DNA from: Thermoproteota archaeon
GTDB taxonomy: Archaea > Korarchaeota > Korarchaeia > Korarchaeales > JAOZGB01
Assembly (NCBI GenBank): GCA_037917685.1
Contig: JAVCBU010000006.1
Location: 364,699 to 428,698 of the forward strand
Reading direction: 5' to 3'
Length of the DNA: 64,000 nt
In this document: positions 1 through 9,385 of the stretch, piece after piece
How the letters are laid out: each line of letters starts with the position of its first letter
How positions within the stretch are numbered: the first letter of the stretch is position 1
Translations under genes and position numbers: made by a program
Notes under the pieces: model-generated
What the model saw: the letters and a program-made list of their open reading frames with translations, nothing else
Told to the model about the DNA's origin: nothing
The model's database searches: none

Positions 1-1605
1 AATTCCTATTTCCCCTGCTTTTCTCAATAGCATGTCATGAAGATACCGCCCCCCTCCACCGATACCAATGGTTAAGCCCTTAAGCCCTTCAAATCTTAGT
101 TTAACCTCCTTCTTGGAAATCAAGCCGATCCTTCTTCTAAACCCTCCAACCTTAACACCAGCATACCATGCAGGCTCCCCATCTGCATGTGGATATCCTG
201 CTATATGAAGCCCCCCCGCCTCTAATACCTCAATAGATTCTACTCTCCCCATTCTAAGGAGTCTCGCCGGGACTCCAGAATCATATAAGAACCGGGCTAT
301 CGCCTCAATGGTTGGGCACCATGGTCCACCCATAGTTAAACCATTAAATAAGCCGCCAAACGGGGTGAACCTGACAGTTTCACCCTTCTCAACATACTCG
401 GTCATTTCAGGGATCTCAATATACCCATCTGAGAGAGACAGGAGGCTTATGGTTCCACTGCCTCCGGGTATGGGCGTTACAATACTCTTCCCCATCGGAG
501 ATTTTACAAGAGCCACTGGTACTATGTGTCTTCTCCCCTTTGCAGCATAAACTCTCCTTGAAAGTACCGCGTCAAAAGATCTATACTTTCCACGCTTTAT
601 CCCGGTCAATACCGACAGGAATGGAGCTACGAATCTAAGGAAAGAGATAAGGCATGAAACCGGGTATCCCGGAAGGCCAAATACAGGCTTTCCCATTACA
701 ACTCCGAACATAAATGGCTTACCGGGTTTAGCTGCCACCCCATGTATAAGTATCTTCCCACCCAAAAGCTCGACAGCCTTATAAACCATGTCCCCAGGCC
801 CCGCGCTGCTACTACCAGAGACTAAAACCACGTCGGTACTTCTTAGAGCCTCCACGAGTGCTTCCTTGATGTTTTCAAGCCTGTCGGGGACGACGCCGTA
901 GGTTAAAGGCTTGCATCCGTGCTCTGTTAACATTGAGGCAATCGTGTAGGTGTTAACGTCGTAAACTTCCCCAACATGTAAGGTCTCTCCTGGAGGCTTT
1001 AGCTCTTTCCCTGTAGATATTACTCCTACAAGAGGCTTTCTATAAACCTTAACTTTTCCATAGCCGGAGGCTGCGAGCAGAGCAATGTCAGAGATTCCCA
1101 AAACCTTGCCCTTTGGAACTATAAGGCTTCCTTTGGAGATGTCTGAGCCTGAGGGATATATATTCTCCCCCGGATTTACAGGCTTCTTAACCAAGACCTT
1201 TGAGCCAGCCCTAAAGGTGTGCTCCACCATAACTACAGAGTCAGCTCCCGGGGGAATCGCTGATCCCGTTGCCACTACTACTGCTGTTCCAGGTTTAACA
1301 CTAATAGTGGGTTTTTCTCCGGGTAGAATTTCACCAATTACAGTAAGACTCACAGGGTTTAGGTCTGATGCACCATATGTATCCGCAGATATAACGGCGT
1401 ACCCGTCAAAAGCAGCCCTGTCGAATCCTGGGATATCTATCTGAGAGTAGTAGTTTTCTGCTATCCTCCTTCCATTAGCCAGTTTAATATCAACATCCTC
1501 TATACCCGGCTGAAGGCTTTCTGCATGGCTGAGTATGATTTTCAGAGCGTCTTCAATACTCATAAGTCTTCTAAAGACTTTACCTGAGGCCGAGGAACTC
1601 GTCAA
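1..1605 (-). CDS. moeA: Molybdopterin molybdotransferase MoeA2 with C-terminal PBP-like extension (3' end beyond window edge)
   Basis: Not in ORF track; hand translation from TTG at 1605 (GAGGTGA SD upstream) gives MTSSSASGKVFRRLMSIEDAL...IDIPGFDRAAFDGYAV...GVAAKPGKP...GLPGYPVS; the stretch at the window edge (positions 1-360) is open in the same frame. Confidence 0.9.
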   Translation of the reverse strand, partial: MTSSSASGKVFRRLMSIEDALKIILSHAESLQPGIEDVDIKLANGRRIAENYYSQIDIPGFDRAAFDGYAVISADTYGASDLNPVSLTVIGEILPGEKPTISVKPGTAVVVATGSAIPPGADSVVMVEHTFRAGSKVLVKKPVNPGENIYPSGSDISKGSLIVPKGKVLGISDIALLAASGYGKVKVYRKPLVGVISTGKELKPPGETLHVGEVYDVNTYTIASMLTEHGCKPLTYGVVPDRLENIKEALVEALRSTDVVLVSGSSSAGPGDMVYKAVELLGGKILIHGVAAKPGKPFMFGVVMGKPVFGLPGYPVSCLISFLRFVAPFLSVLTGIKRGKYRSFDAVLSRRVYAAKGRRHIVPVALVKSPMGKSIVTPIPGGSGTISLLSLSDGYIEIPEMTEYVEKGETVRFTPFGGLFNGLTMGGPWCPTIEAIARFLYDSGVPARLLRMGRVESIEVLEAGGLHIAGYPHADGEPAWYAGVKVGGFRRRIGLISKKEVKLRFEGLKGLTIGIGGGGRYLHDMLLRKAGEIGI

Positions 1606-2803
1606 TAGGTATCACCTCAACTATCTCCCCCTCAGCATATCCTTCTACGTCAGTTTCAACAATCAATACCCCATCAGCTGCTGAAACTGATGTTAGCATG
1701 TCTGACCCTGCTACAGTTATCGGGTAGGCGTCTCCACCTCTTATTTTGACTCTAACATAGCATCTCACTCCGGGCTCGCATGCTACGGGCTCAGCAAGCG
1801 TAACTCTAAGCCTATATTTCGGCCATTTATCTCTAATCCCAAGCATACTGTATAATACCGGTATAACAAACTGGCTAAAACACATAAGTGTCGATACCGG
1901 GAAGCCCGGAAGCCCCAGATGAAGCCTCCGACCTATAATTCCGGCTAGGAGGGGCTTGCCTGGCTTTTGAGAAACACCGTGAACAACTACCCTTCCTGTT
2001 TTCTCCACAGCCTGTCTTACAAGATCCTGTTCGCCAACGGAAGTCCCGCTAAACGAGATGGAAAGGTCGTATCCATCCCTTGCTATAATCTCAGCTATTT
2101 CGTCGACGTCGTCGGGGGCTATACCAAAATCATCTACAACCCCATACCTAGACAGTATTCTTCCTACGATCCTTCTGTTGGTTTCGACGGTATAGCCTGG
2201 TTCTAAATCGCTGACAGAGTCGACTAGTTCATCTCCGATGGAGAATATAAGTATCCTAGGCTTTCTTCTAACCCTTACTGAATCAACTCCTGCCTGTAGC
2301 ATAAGGCCGTATTCGACAGGTGATATAAATTTTCCCCTCTCGATAACAGTTTCCCCTACTCTCAAAACTCTTCCTCTTCTCGATATATTTTTACCAGGCG
2401 GAGACTGCGTATATACGATGAGTTCCCCGTCCCTCTCATCAGCATACTCCACCATCACCACGGTGTCTGCCCCCCCAGGGATGACTGCTCCTGTAGCTAT
2501 TTTAACAGCCTCCCCCCTCGAGATCGCTCCGTTAAACGGCTTCCCAGCCGTCGAAAAGCCGATTATTTTAAGTTTTACTGGTGAATCGTAGCTTGCCGAC
2601 ATAATATCGTCTGATCTAACTGCGTATCCATCGACAGCAGATATATCCCATGGTGGTATGTCAATCCTCGACTGTACATCTTCAGCCGTCACCATCCCAA
2701 GAGACTCCTCTACGCTAACAGTCTCATCGTCTAAAAGACTGACATGCTGTAGAACCTTACTTAGAGCTACATCGTATCTCTCAAGCTTTTTGAAAGGCTT
2801 CAC
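1580..2803 (-). CDS. moeA: Molybdopterin molybdotransferase MoeA1
   Basis: IPPWDISAVDGYAVRS, IATGAVIPGGADTVVMVE, QKPGKP, GLPGFPVS motifs. Confidence 0.95.
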   Translation of the reverse strand: MKPFKKLERYDVALSKVLQHVSLLDDETVSVEESLGMVTAEDVQSRIDIPPWDISAVDGYAVRSDDIMSASYDSPVKLKIIGFSTAGKPFNGAISRGEAVKIATGAVIPGGADTVVMVEYADERDGELIVYTQSPPGKNISRRGRVLRVGETVIERGKFISPVEYGLMLQAGVDSVRVRRKPRILIFSIGDELVDSVSDLEPGYTVETNRRIVGRILSRYGVVDDFGIAPDDVDEIAEIIARDGYDLSISFSGTSVGEQDLVRQAVEKTGRVVVHGVSQKPGKPLLAGIIGRRLHLGLPGFPVSTLMCFSQFVIPVLYSMLGIRDKWPKYRLRVTLAEPVACEPGVRCYVRVKIRGGDAYPITVAGSDMLTSVSAADGVLIVETDVEGYAEGEIVEVIPIDEFLGLR

Positions 2804-2864
2804 AAGACTCTAAAACATCTTGAAACTTTAAAACAATACTTTGACTATCCATATGTGAATTTAA

Positions 2865-3320
2865 TTGCCGGTCAGAATGGTTGACATTCATGCTAAAAGG
2901 CCGATTCTAAGGATTGCAAAGGCTGAAGGGGCGATATACCTAAAACCCGAGACCATAGAGCTTATACGTAGGCGTAAAATAGAGAAGGGAGATGTTATCT
3001 CAGTGTCAACTGTCTCCGCGATAATGGCTGCGAAGAATACGCCGCAAATCCTACCCTTATGCCACCCTATCCCAATCGAAAATGTAAACGTAGAATTTGA
3101 ATTACACAAGGACAAGGTAAAGGTGATAGTAACTGTTAAGTCTACAAGCAAAACAGGAGTAGAGATGGAAGCCCTTACAGCTGTTTCAGCTGCTTTACTA
3201 TGTATTTGGGATATGGTTAAAAAATACGAAAAGGACAAGCTAGGCCAGTACCCCTACACTAGAATAGAGTATATACGTGTCTTAGAGAAGATTAAAAAAG
3301 GGAGCACAGATGAAAGTTAG
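2865..3320 (+). CDS. moaC: Cyclic pyranopterin monophosphate synthase MoaC
   Basis: MVDI, ILPLCHPI, KTGVEMEAL, IWDMVK motifs. Confidence 0.96.
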   Translation: MPVRMVDIHAKRPILRIAKAEGAIYLKPETIELIRRRKIEKGDVISVSTVSAIMAAKNTPQILPLCHPIPIENVNVEFELHKDKVKVIVTVKSTSKTGVEMEALTAVSAALLCIWDMVKKYEKDKLGQYPYTRIEYIRVLEKIKKGSTDES

Positions 3321-3579
3321 AGTAAAGTACTATGGAATGGCCTCAGAACTTGCTGGAATAAAAGAAGAATTAATAGAGATAGATGGAAAGCCAACTCTAA
3401 GGCAGCTTATCAGCGCACTCCCGTCCAAGTCCAAAGCGAACCTAAGTAGTCTCTTAAAAGACGGAGTGCTAAGGGAGGATTTGCGAATAGCTTTAAACCA
3501 CAAAATAGTGGAAGACATGGATATAGAGGTTGCTGAGGACTCTACAATCGCGTTTCTCCCTCCTTCCTCTGGTGGGTAG
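3310..3579 (+). CDS. moaD: MoaD/SAMP ubiquitin-like sulfur carrier
   Basis: 89 aa beta-grasp pattern ending FLPPSSGG; between moaC and moaE. Confidence 0.92.
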   Translation: MKVRVKYYGMASELAGIKEELIEIDGKPTLRQLISALPSKSKANLSSLLKDGVLREDLRIALNHKIVEDMDIEVAEDSTIAFLPPSSGG

Positions 3580-3581
3580 AT

Positions 3582-4010
3582 ATGGAGAGGGTAGGAATAT
3601 TCAGGTATGGTGAACACCCGTTAGAGAGAATACTGCAACAAGTAAGGAATCATCCTGAAAAAGACCGTGTCGGAGCCATAGTTATGTTTACAGGCGTAGT
3701 TAGGGGAATATCCTCGGAAGGAAGAGTTAGAGAACTCTCATATGAAGTCTACAGAGAAATGGTTCTTAACGTACTCAAGGAGATAAGGAAGGAAATAATC
3801 GAGAAATATGGAATAATAGACCTATGGATACACCACATCGAAGGAAGAGCTATGGTGGGTGTAGAAACCTTCTTCGTTGTTGCAATCTCTGAGCACAGGC
3901 ATGAAGCCTTTGAAGCAGTTAGAGAAGCAGTAGACAAGGTTAAAAAGGAAGCCCCTATATGGAAGAAGGAAATATTAAAGGATGGAAGAGAGTACTGGGT
4001 TCAAGAGTAA
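3582..4010 (+). CDS. moaE: Molybdopterin synthase catalytic subunit MoaE
   Basis: GAIVMFTGVVR, LSYEVY, HRHEAF, KKEAPIWKKE motifs. Confidence 0.95.
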   Translation: MERVGIFRYGEHPLERILQQVRNHPEKDRVGAIVMFTGVVRGISSEGRVRELSYEVYREMVLNVLKEIRKEIIEKYGIIDLWIHHIEGRAMVGVETFFVVAISEHRHEAFEAVREAVDKVKKEAPIWKKEILKDGREYWVQE

Positions 4011-4039
4011 TTTATGGCTTTATCAATTAGGAGGGCGTT

Positions 4040-4480
4040 ATGATAGTGATGGATAGCGATCTTTCAGAAAGTCTTGAAGACTATCTCGAAGCCGCCCTCA
4101 TCATTCTTCTAGAAAAGGGTAAAGTTAGGGTTAAATATCTCTCAGAACAGCTAAGGGTCTCACCAGCAAGCGTAACCGAAGCCCTAAAAAAACTTGAAAA
4201 ATTGGGCTACGTCAAATATGAAGGCCACGGCAAAATTCTACTAACATCAAGGGGCCACGACAAAGCTGAGGAGGTACTTGAGAAGCATCTAAGCCTGTTT
4301 AATTTTCTCCATAACGTTCTAGGGGTTGATAGGGAGACCGCCGAGGTTGAGGCCTGTAAGATGGAACATATACTCTCACGTGATACACTTAATAAAATGG
4401 CTATGTTGGGGGAGCTTGTAAGCTTGGAATCCGAAAGAGATACGGTTTTTCGGAAGAAGCTTAACAGGATCAAGGGCTAA
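4040..4480 (+). CDS. DtxR/MntR-family metal-dependent repressor
   Basis: SLEDYL, VSPASVTEALKKL HTH, EACKMEH metal-site motif. Confidence 0.93.
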   Translation: MIVMDSDLSESLEDYLEAALIILLEKGKVRVKYLSEQLRVSPASVTEALKKLEKLGYVKYEGHGKILLTSRGHDKAEEVLEKHLSLFNFLHNVLGVDRETAEVEACKMEHILSRDTLNKMAMLGELVSLESERDTVFRKKLNRIKG

Positions 4481-4712
4481 AATCTTCTACTGAGACGAGA
4501 ACCCGGGAGGCGAGTCCCCTCCCGATTACAAGTCTAGAACCCTTTACCTCTATTTCGACAGGTCCCCGGAACAACGCGTTCCTAACAACTCTAATTTTCT
4601 CCCCAGGAACCAAACCCATATCGTAGAGTCTCTTAACAGCACCCCTCCCACCGCTAACCTTAACTACGACTCCTCTCATTCCTTCCTTGAGTTTCGAAAG
4701 TTGAACCATCAA
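4470..4712 (-). CDS. feoA: FeoA-domain protein
   Basis: RLYDMGLVPGEKIRVVRNA..GPVEIEVKGSRLVIGRGLA is a typical FeoA pattern. Confidence 0.92.
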   Translation of the reverse strand: MMVQLSKLKEGMRGVVVKVSGGRGAVKRLYDMGLVPGEKIRVVRNALFRGPVEIEVKGSRLVIGRGLASRVLVSVEDFSP

Positions 4713-4722
4713 GTTAATATTT

Positions 4723-4736
4723 CTAGGCTTACCTAA
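4723..4736 (-). promoter_or_regulatory. Candidate DtxR-family operator upstream of feoA
   Basis: Minus strand TTAGG-TAAG-CCTAG, 11/14 match to the DtxR/MntR-type TTAGGTTAACCTAA box, directly downstream of a TTTAAATT TATA-like element; dtxR is adjacent. Confidence 0.6.
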
Positions 4737-4739
4737 AAT

Positions 4740-5768
4740 TTAAAACTGTCTATAAACAGCGATCTCATTAATTAATACGTCTAGGGGATTATCAAATTCT
4801 TCTAATAAACTCGAAGTGTTAATCCTGTATTGATCGGGGTCCTTAGCAACCTTAAATATCTGATCAGATATCTCAATATTATTTTTAGCAGAATATAATG
4901 GAAAACCACGTTCAGATAGGAACCTTTCGATATCTGATGGTATAGAAAATAGTATTGATGGAACACCCATTAGAGATGCCTCTCTCGCCATTAGGGACCC
5001 TCCGCTGACAACGAATGCTGCAGTCTTTAATAGGCTTAATACATCATGATCAAAGTTTACGATCTTAACCCTCCTAGCATAATTTTTCTTTATCTCGCTT
5101 TTCTGAGACTTATTTCTAACGATAGCAATAATACTACCATCCCAGCAATTCACCATCCTTTCTAGAAAGCGCAGCGATGTGGAGTTAAGACCCAATGTAG
5201 CAGCAGGCCTAAAAACAGCGTATTCTCCCGCCCTAACACCGAGCCTCCTAAGGACGCCCGACGTGTAATGATGTTTTCTAATCCACGTAACTTCAAAAGC
5301 CCCCTTGAAAAACTTTATGGCACCCATGTTCGCCCCATGTCGCAAAAGTTTACTTCTCCCGATGGCTAGGGGCGCCAATATTCTTCTGCTTAATGGTATG
5401 ATAGATTTTAATACTGTGTGGTGGGCAGAGTAGTCTGTTAAAACGATGAAAGGAATGCCAAGCATATAAGATATGGAGCAAGCCTCAGATGGAAAAGATA
5501 TCAATAATTTAGGCTTCCTCCTAAGCCTCTTTATACACCTAGTTAAGGCCTGTACTCTCCTCCAGTAAGAGTCTAGCCTTCCCTCCCTACTGTAGCTTTC
5601 AATCTTACCAGCGGACTTGTACTTTACATAGTAAAACTTGAAAATAGTTGATAATTCCCTATGCCTCTGGCACGTGACGAAAAAGTTAAACCTATCTTTA
5701 AACTCTTCATAGACTGCAGATATAAACCTAGCATCTCTAATAGAAGTTGCATCCATCCATATTTCCAT
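4740..5768 (-). CDS. DUF354-family (GT-B-like) protein
   Basis: N-terminal IWMDA and C-terminal FVVSGGSLMAREASLMGVPSI match the family pattern. Confidence 0.75.
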   Translation of the reverse strand: MEIWMDATSIRDARFISAVYEEFKDRFNFFVTCQRHRELSTIFKFYYVKYKSAGKIESYSREGRLDSYWRRVQALTRCIKRLRRKPKLLISFPSEACSISYMLGIPFIVLTDYSAHHTVLKSIIPLSRRILAPLAIGRSKLLRHGANMGAIKFFKGAFEVTWIRKHHYTSGVLRRLGVRAGEYAVFRPAATLGLNSTSLRFLERMVNCWDGSIIAIVRNKSQKSEIKKNYARRVKIVNFDHDVLSLLKTAAFVVSGGSLMAREASLMGVPSILFSIPSDIERFLSERGFPLYSAKNNIEISDQIFKVAKDPDQYRINTSSLLEEFDNPLDVLINEIAVYRQF

Positions 5769-5787
5769 GCTAGACCAGCCTCAAACT

Positions 5788-6309
5788 CTACGTTCTACCC
5801 GGTCTTAACAGCAGAATTACAGTTAAAGGAAACATTACAAGCATTAAAAGCAGATCCGTAGAGATGCTTCTAACCATACCTCCCAATAGCGAGCGTATAG
5901 CTACCACGTTAAATTCTAACAATACTTTAAGCCCGACTCTTAACAGCTCATACATTATGACGGCTGTGAGTCCGCCAGATATAAGACCTCTATCTGTCTT
6001 TTCAGATCTAGCTGCGACATATATGTACAGTAGCGAGGCGAGGGAAACAGAGAGCACACGGGCAGTTTCATACTCTGTATATGGTGATAGTGCTATTATG
6101 GATAATGAAAAGCCAACCGCGGCGGATAAACCCTGATCCAGATAGCATGAAACCGCCGCTGTAATAGAGAGTATTATAACTCCTACCCATCTAAATCCGA
6201 TAAGGTAAATGTCAAGCTGGTTCAGCTGAATGGTGAGAATACCCATTGCAATTCCAAAGAGCAATATTATCATTGCCCACGGAATCCCTGCGACACTCTT
6301 CATCATCAC
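5788..6309 (-). CDS. Hypothetical multi-pass membrane protein
   Basis: 173 aa, about 5-6 hydrophobic segments; no family recognised. Confidence 0.65.
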   Translation of the reverse strand: MMMKSVAGIPWAMIILLFGIAMGILTIQLNQLDIYLIGFRWVGVIILSITAAVSCYLDQGLSAAVGFSLSIIALSPYTEYETARVLSVSLASLLYIYVAARSEKTDRGLISGGLTAVIMYELLRVGLKVLLEFNVVAIRSLLGGMVRSISTDLLLMLVMFPLTVILLLRPGRT

Positions 6310-9058
6310 GCATGTAGCATATACTAAAATTAAAATAATTCCCCTAGAAACTTTAGGGATTAATACGAGAATACCAGCGCTACTAATCCTTGTTCTAAGC
6401 TTAAGTATGTATTCAGATGTTGCTTCCCAGGCGGAGCCTTCCCTCTCGCATTATACAATCGAGGCGGCGCTTAACCCTTTGAATCACACCATAGAATGCA
6501 TTATGAGATTCAACTATTTTAACAGTGAGTCTGAGCCTATAGATGTACTTGTCTTTAACGTCTATCCAAATGCCTTTAAGCCGTCGGGATACATCGCGGT
6601 AGACGGGGTGTACGGTGTAGGAGGCGAAAAGCTTCACTTTCAAATCGAAAAAACTGTTCTAAGCATAACCCTGCCGGGTAAAGTTAGTCCTGGTCTAAAC
6701 TACACTGTAACCTTGAACTTTAAGGTTAAGATCCCACCAAAAGATTACAGATTTGGATACTCAGCGGAGACGGATACCTATATGCTAGGGAATTGGTTTC
6801 CAATTCTAGCTGTTTACGACAAGGACGGCTGGCACACTTACCCATACTTTCGGGATGGAGAAGCGTTCTATAGTGAGGTAGCAATATACGACGTTTCAAT
6901 AACCGTCCCAGAAGAATATGTGGTTGCAGCATCGGGATGGCTTATAGGTGAAGAAAGCACCGGTGGCTATGCCACCTATCATTTCCATGGAGAGCCTATT
7001 AGAGACTTCGCGTTCACAGCATCCAAAAACTACAAAGTAGCCGTTGAACAGACTCAAAACAACATAACGATTAAATCATACTATTACAACCAGCATGAGA
7101 GAGGAGGGAAAATAGCCCTACATGTCGCGAAGACATGCGTAGAACTATATGGTAAGCTGTTCGGCGAGTATCCCTATCCTGAGTTTACAGTCGCAGAAAC
7201 CTCTCTAGGCGCCAATATTGCAGGAATGGAATATCCAACCCTAATAATGATCGACCACAGACTTTACAATACTTGGAGGAGCCTAGAGCTAGTAGTAGCC
7301 CATGAAACAGGCCATCAATGGTGGTACGGGGTTGTTGGAAACGACCAGTACATGGAGCCGTGGCTGGACGAGGGCCTGACAAACTATTGTGAAAACTTGT
7401 TCTTCGAGTACCAGTATGGACCAGAAGAAATGCAAGCAGTAATCCAAACAACTGTGAAGATGAACTACCTATTGTACATGGATAGAGGAAGACTAGACCA
7501 GGCTGTAGCCAAGCCCTCCTACGCATTTGGCAGTCCAGAGGCATACTTCCAGATAGTATACAATAAGGGTGCATGGATAGTTGATATGCTGCGATACCAC
7601 TTAGGCGATGAAAAGTTCTTTAAAGCCATGTCAACCTACTATCAAAGATACAAGTTTAAAATAGCAAGAATATCAGACTTCGTAGAAGTTTTCAACGAAG
7701 TATCCGGCGAAGATCTCTCGTGGTTCTTCGAGCAATGGCTTTACAACAGCGGAATTCCTAAACTCGGTAGCGAATATAACGTAGATAAGGGCGAACTCGG
7801 ATATAATGTATCCTTATCACTATTCCAACTTGGAAGCGTATTTAAACTTAAGATACCAGTCGTCATTTATACTGAGGACGGCTCCCGCTATGTCTTCCAC
7901 GTATGGCTTAACGGTTCAAGCGGTAGCTACAGTTTTATCGTAAGAGATAGGCCTACCCAGATCATCGTAGACGAAGACAACTACATACTTAAAGTGCAGG
8001 TATTCACAAGTCTTAAGCAAGCCAGGCTACTAAAGGCTTTCGCAGTAACCCTGATAAGCCTTGTGATCCTTCTCTCCGTAAGTTCGGCCCTATGGGGATA
8101 TAGCATTTACAAGAAGGGATTTGAGGAGAGAGGTAAAAGACTAAGTTTCGGCCCTAACTTTTTCACCCTATTCCCAAGAGCAGTAGCCCTGGGGCTGAGA
8201 GAAAGGCTGACAAGGCGGCCCGAAGCCTTATTGACGATTCTAACCTATACCCTTGTCTCAGGGGCGTCTGTACTTAACTATCTGCTACTTGGCAGCGGAG
8301 CTATAACATGGTTCATGTTCGTACTTGGAGGTCTCATACTGTTAAATATGCACCTAACAATAGCCTACAGGATGAGGGGCGAAATAGCAACGTACAGTGC
8401 CCTCGGCGGCAATCCATCAAACATAGCTGGAATCTACATTAGTGGAAACTTATCGTCAGCCTTTATAGGGGGAATACTTGGAGTCCTATGGGCTATTACA
8501 TCATATACGCTTAAAATGTACTTCAGCTACATCCGAGTAGAAGAGATAGAGATGGTAAAGGGCTTGGTATACGGCCTACTCTTCTGCATTATAGTGTCCC
8601 TTATATCTGCAATATATCCAGCGGTAAAGGTATCGCTTCTAGTTACACCTTCAATACTCAGAATATGGAAACTCCCCAGAAACAAGGTTTACATTACAAA
8701 AACAGGTGACTACGCTGTAGAACTCAAACTACCATTCAGATTTCCAATTGAATGGTTTAAAGACCTAGTAACCTACATAAGAGAGAAGTATGATTCAAGT
8801 ATATGGATGAGAAATCTTAGATGGAGATACACCCCAGAGGCCGCTGTTCTCTCTTTTGACAGGGACACCATAGACCTCGTGTCAGGAAGGGAGGGAACCT
8901 GTAACGTTTCGATAATAGCTAAGAGAGTCGGGGGAAGCGCCGAATGGTTTATGAGGGTATGCTCTAAGGGAACAATCTATGCTAGAAATGAGAGAATCGT
9001 TCATCAAGTCGCAGACCTTGTAAGGAAAGACATTTTAGAATGGTTCTGTCTAAAATAA
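6230..9058 (+). CDS. Secreted M1-family (gluzincin) aminopeptidase fused to a C-terminal FtsX-like permease domain; true start probably near 6359
   Basis: AGMEYP, HETGHQWW-x-WLDEG zinc motif, YNKGA; C-terminal TM helices with YRMRGEIATYSALGGNP and SAIYPA FtsX-like motifs. Confidence 0.88.
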   Translation: MVRIPIAIPKSNIIIAHGIPATLFIITHVAYTKIKIIPLETLGINTRIPALLILVLSLSMYSDVASQAEPSLSHYTIEAALNPLNHTIECIMRFNYFNSESEPIDVLVFNVYPNAFKPSGYIAVDGVYGVGGEKLHFQIEKTVLSITLPGKVSPGLNYTVTLNFKVKIPPKDYRFGYSAETDTYMLGNWFPILAVYDKDGWHTYPYFRDGEAFYSEVAIYDVSITVPEEYVVAASGWLIGEESTGGYATYHFHGEPIRDFAFTASKNYKVAVEQTQNNITIKSYYYNQHERGGKIALHVAKTCVELYGKLFGEYPYPEFTVAETSLGANIAGMEYPTLIMIDHRLYNTWRSLELVVAHETGHQWWYGVVGNDQYMEPWLDEGLTNYCENLFFEYQYGPEEMQAVIQTTVKMNYLLYMDRGRLDQAVAKPSYAFGSPEAYFQIVYNKGAWIVDMLRYHLGDEKFFKAMSTYYQRYKFKIARISDFVEVFNEVSGEDLSWFFEQWLYNSGIPKLGSEYNVDKGELGYNVSLSLFQLGSVFKLKIPVVIYTEDGSRYVFHVWLNGSSGSYSFIVRDRPTQIIVDEDNYILKVQVFTSLKQARLLKAFAVTLISLVILLSVSSALWGYSIYKKGFEERGKRLSFGPNFFTLFPRAVALGLRERLTRRPEALLTILTYTLVSGASVLNYLLLGSGAITWFMFVLGGLILLNMHLTIAYRMRGEIATYSALGGNPSNIAGIYISGNLSSAFIGGILGVLWAITSYTLKMYFSYIRVEEIEMVKGLVYGLLFCIIVSLISAIYPAVKVSLLVTPSILRIWKLPRNKVYITKTGDYAVELKLPFRFPIEWFKDLVTYIREKYDSSIWMRNLRWRYTPEAAVLSFDRDTIDLVSGREGTCNVSIIAKRVGGSAEWFMRVCSKGTIYARNERIVHQVADLVRKDILEWFCLK

Positions 9059-9357
9059 ACGTGTACCAAGTAGAAGTTATAGTTGAGAAAGTTAGGGGAA
9101 ACTGCCCCCTATACAGGCCTGGGGCCAGCTTCATAGTAGAAGGCTACTATATTAAACCCGGTAGAACGCCAATATGCATTCACGCCTTCTCAGCCATGTT
9201 AACTCTACTATCAGCGTTCTCCCATGGTACGTCGGCCTCAGATCTGGGTATAGGTAGCGAAGAAGACGTAGGATACCTTCAATGCCCGGATCCAGGAGCC
9301 CCCTATACTAGAGGGGGAACAGTAACCTTTAAGCTAGTAAGGAGACCGAAATATTAA
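9040..9357 (+). CDS. TIGR04076-like small Cys-rich protein
   Basis: GNCPLYRPG..ICIHA..QCPDPG..GGTVTF pattern. Confidence 0.75.
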   Translation: MVLSKINVYQVEVIVEKVRGNCPLYRPGASFIVEGYYIKPGRTPICIHAFSAMLTLLSAFSHGTSASDLGIGSEEDVGYLQCPDPGAPYTRGGTVTFKLVRRPKY

Positions 9358-9385
9358 ACAACTACCCAGTAGGATATAATATCAG

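Noticed and set aside
308-2591. Plus-strand ORFs 308-550, 1085-1444, 1967-2206 and 2238-2591, and the many similar antisense ORFs throughout the track
   Set aside because: They shadow well-supported genes on the opposite strand and show no recognisable motifs
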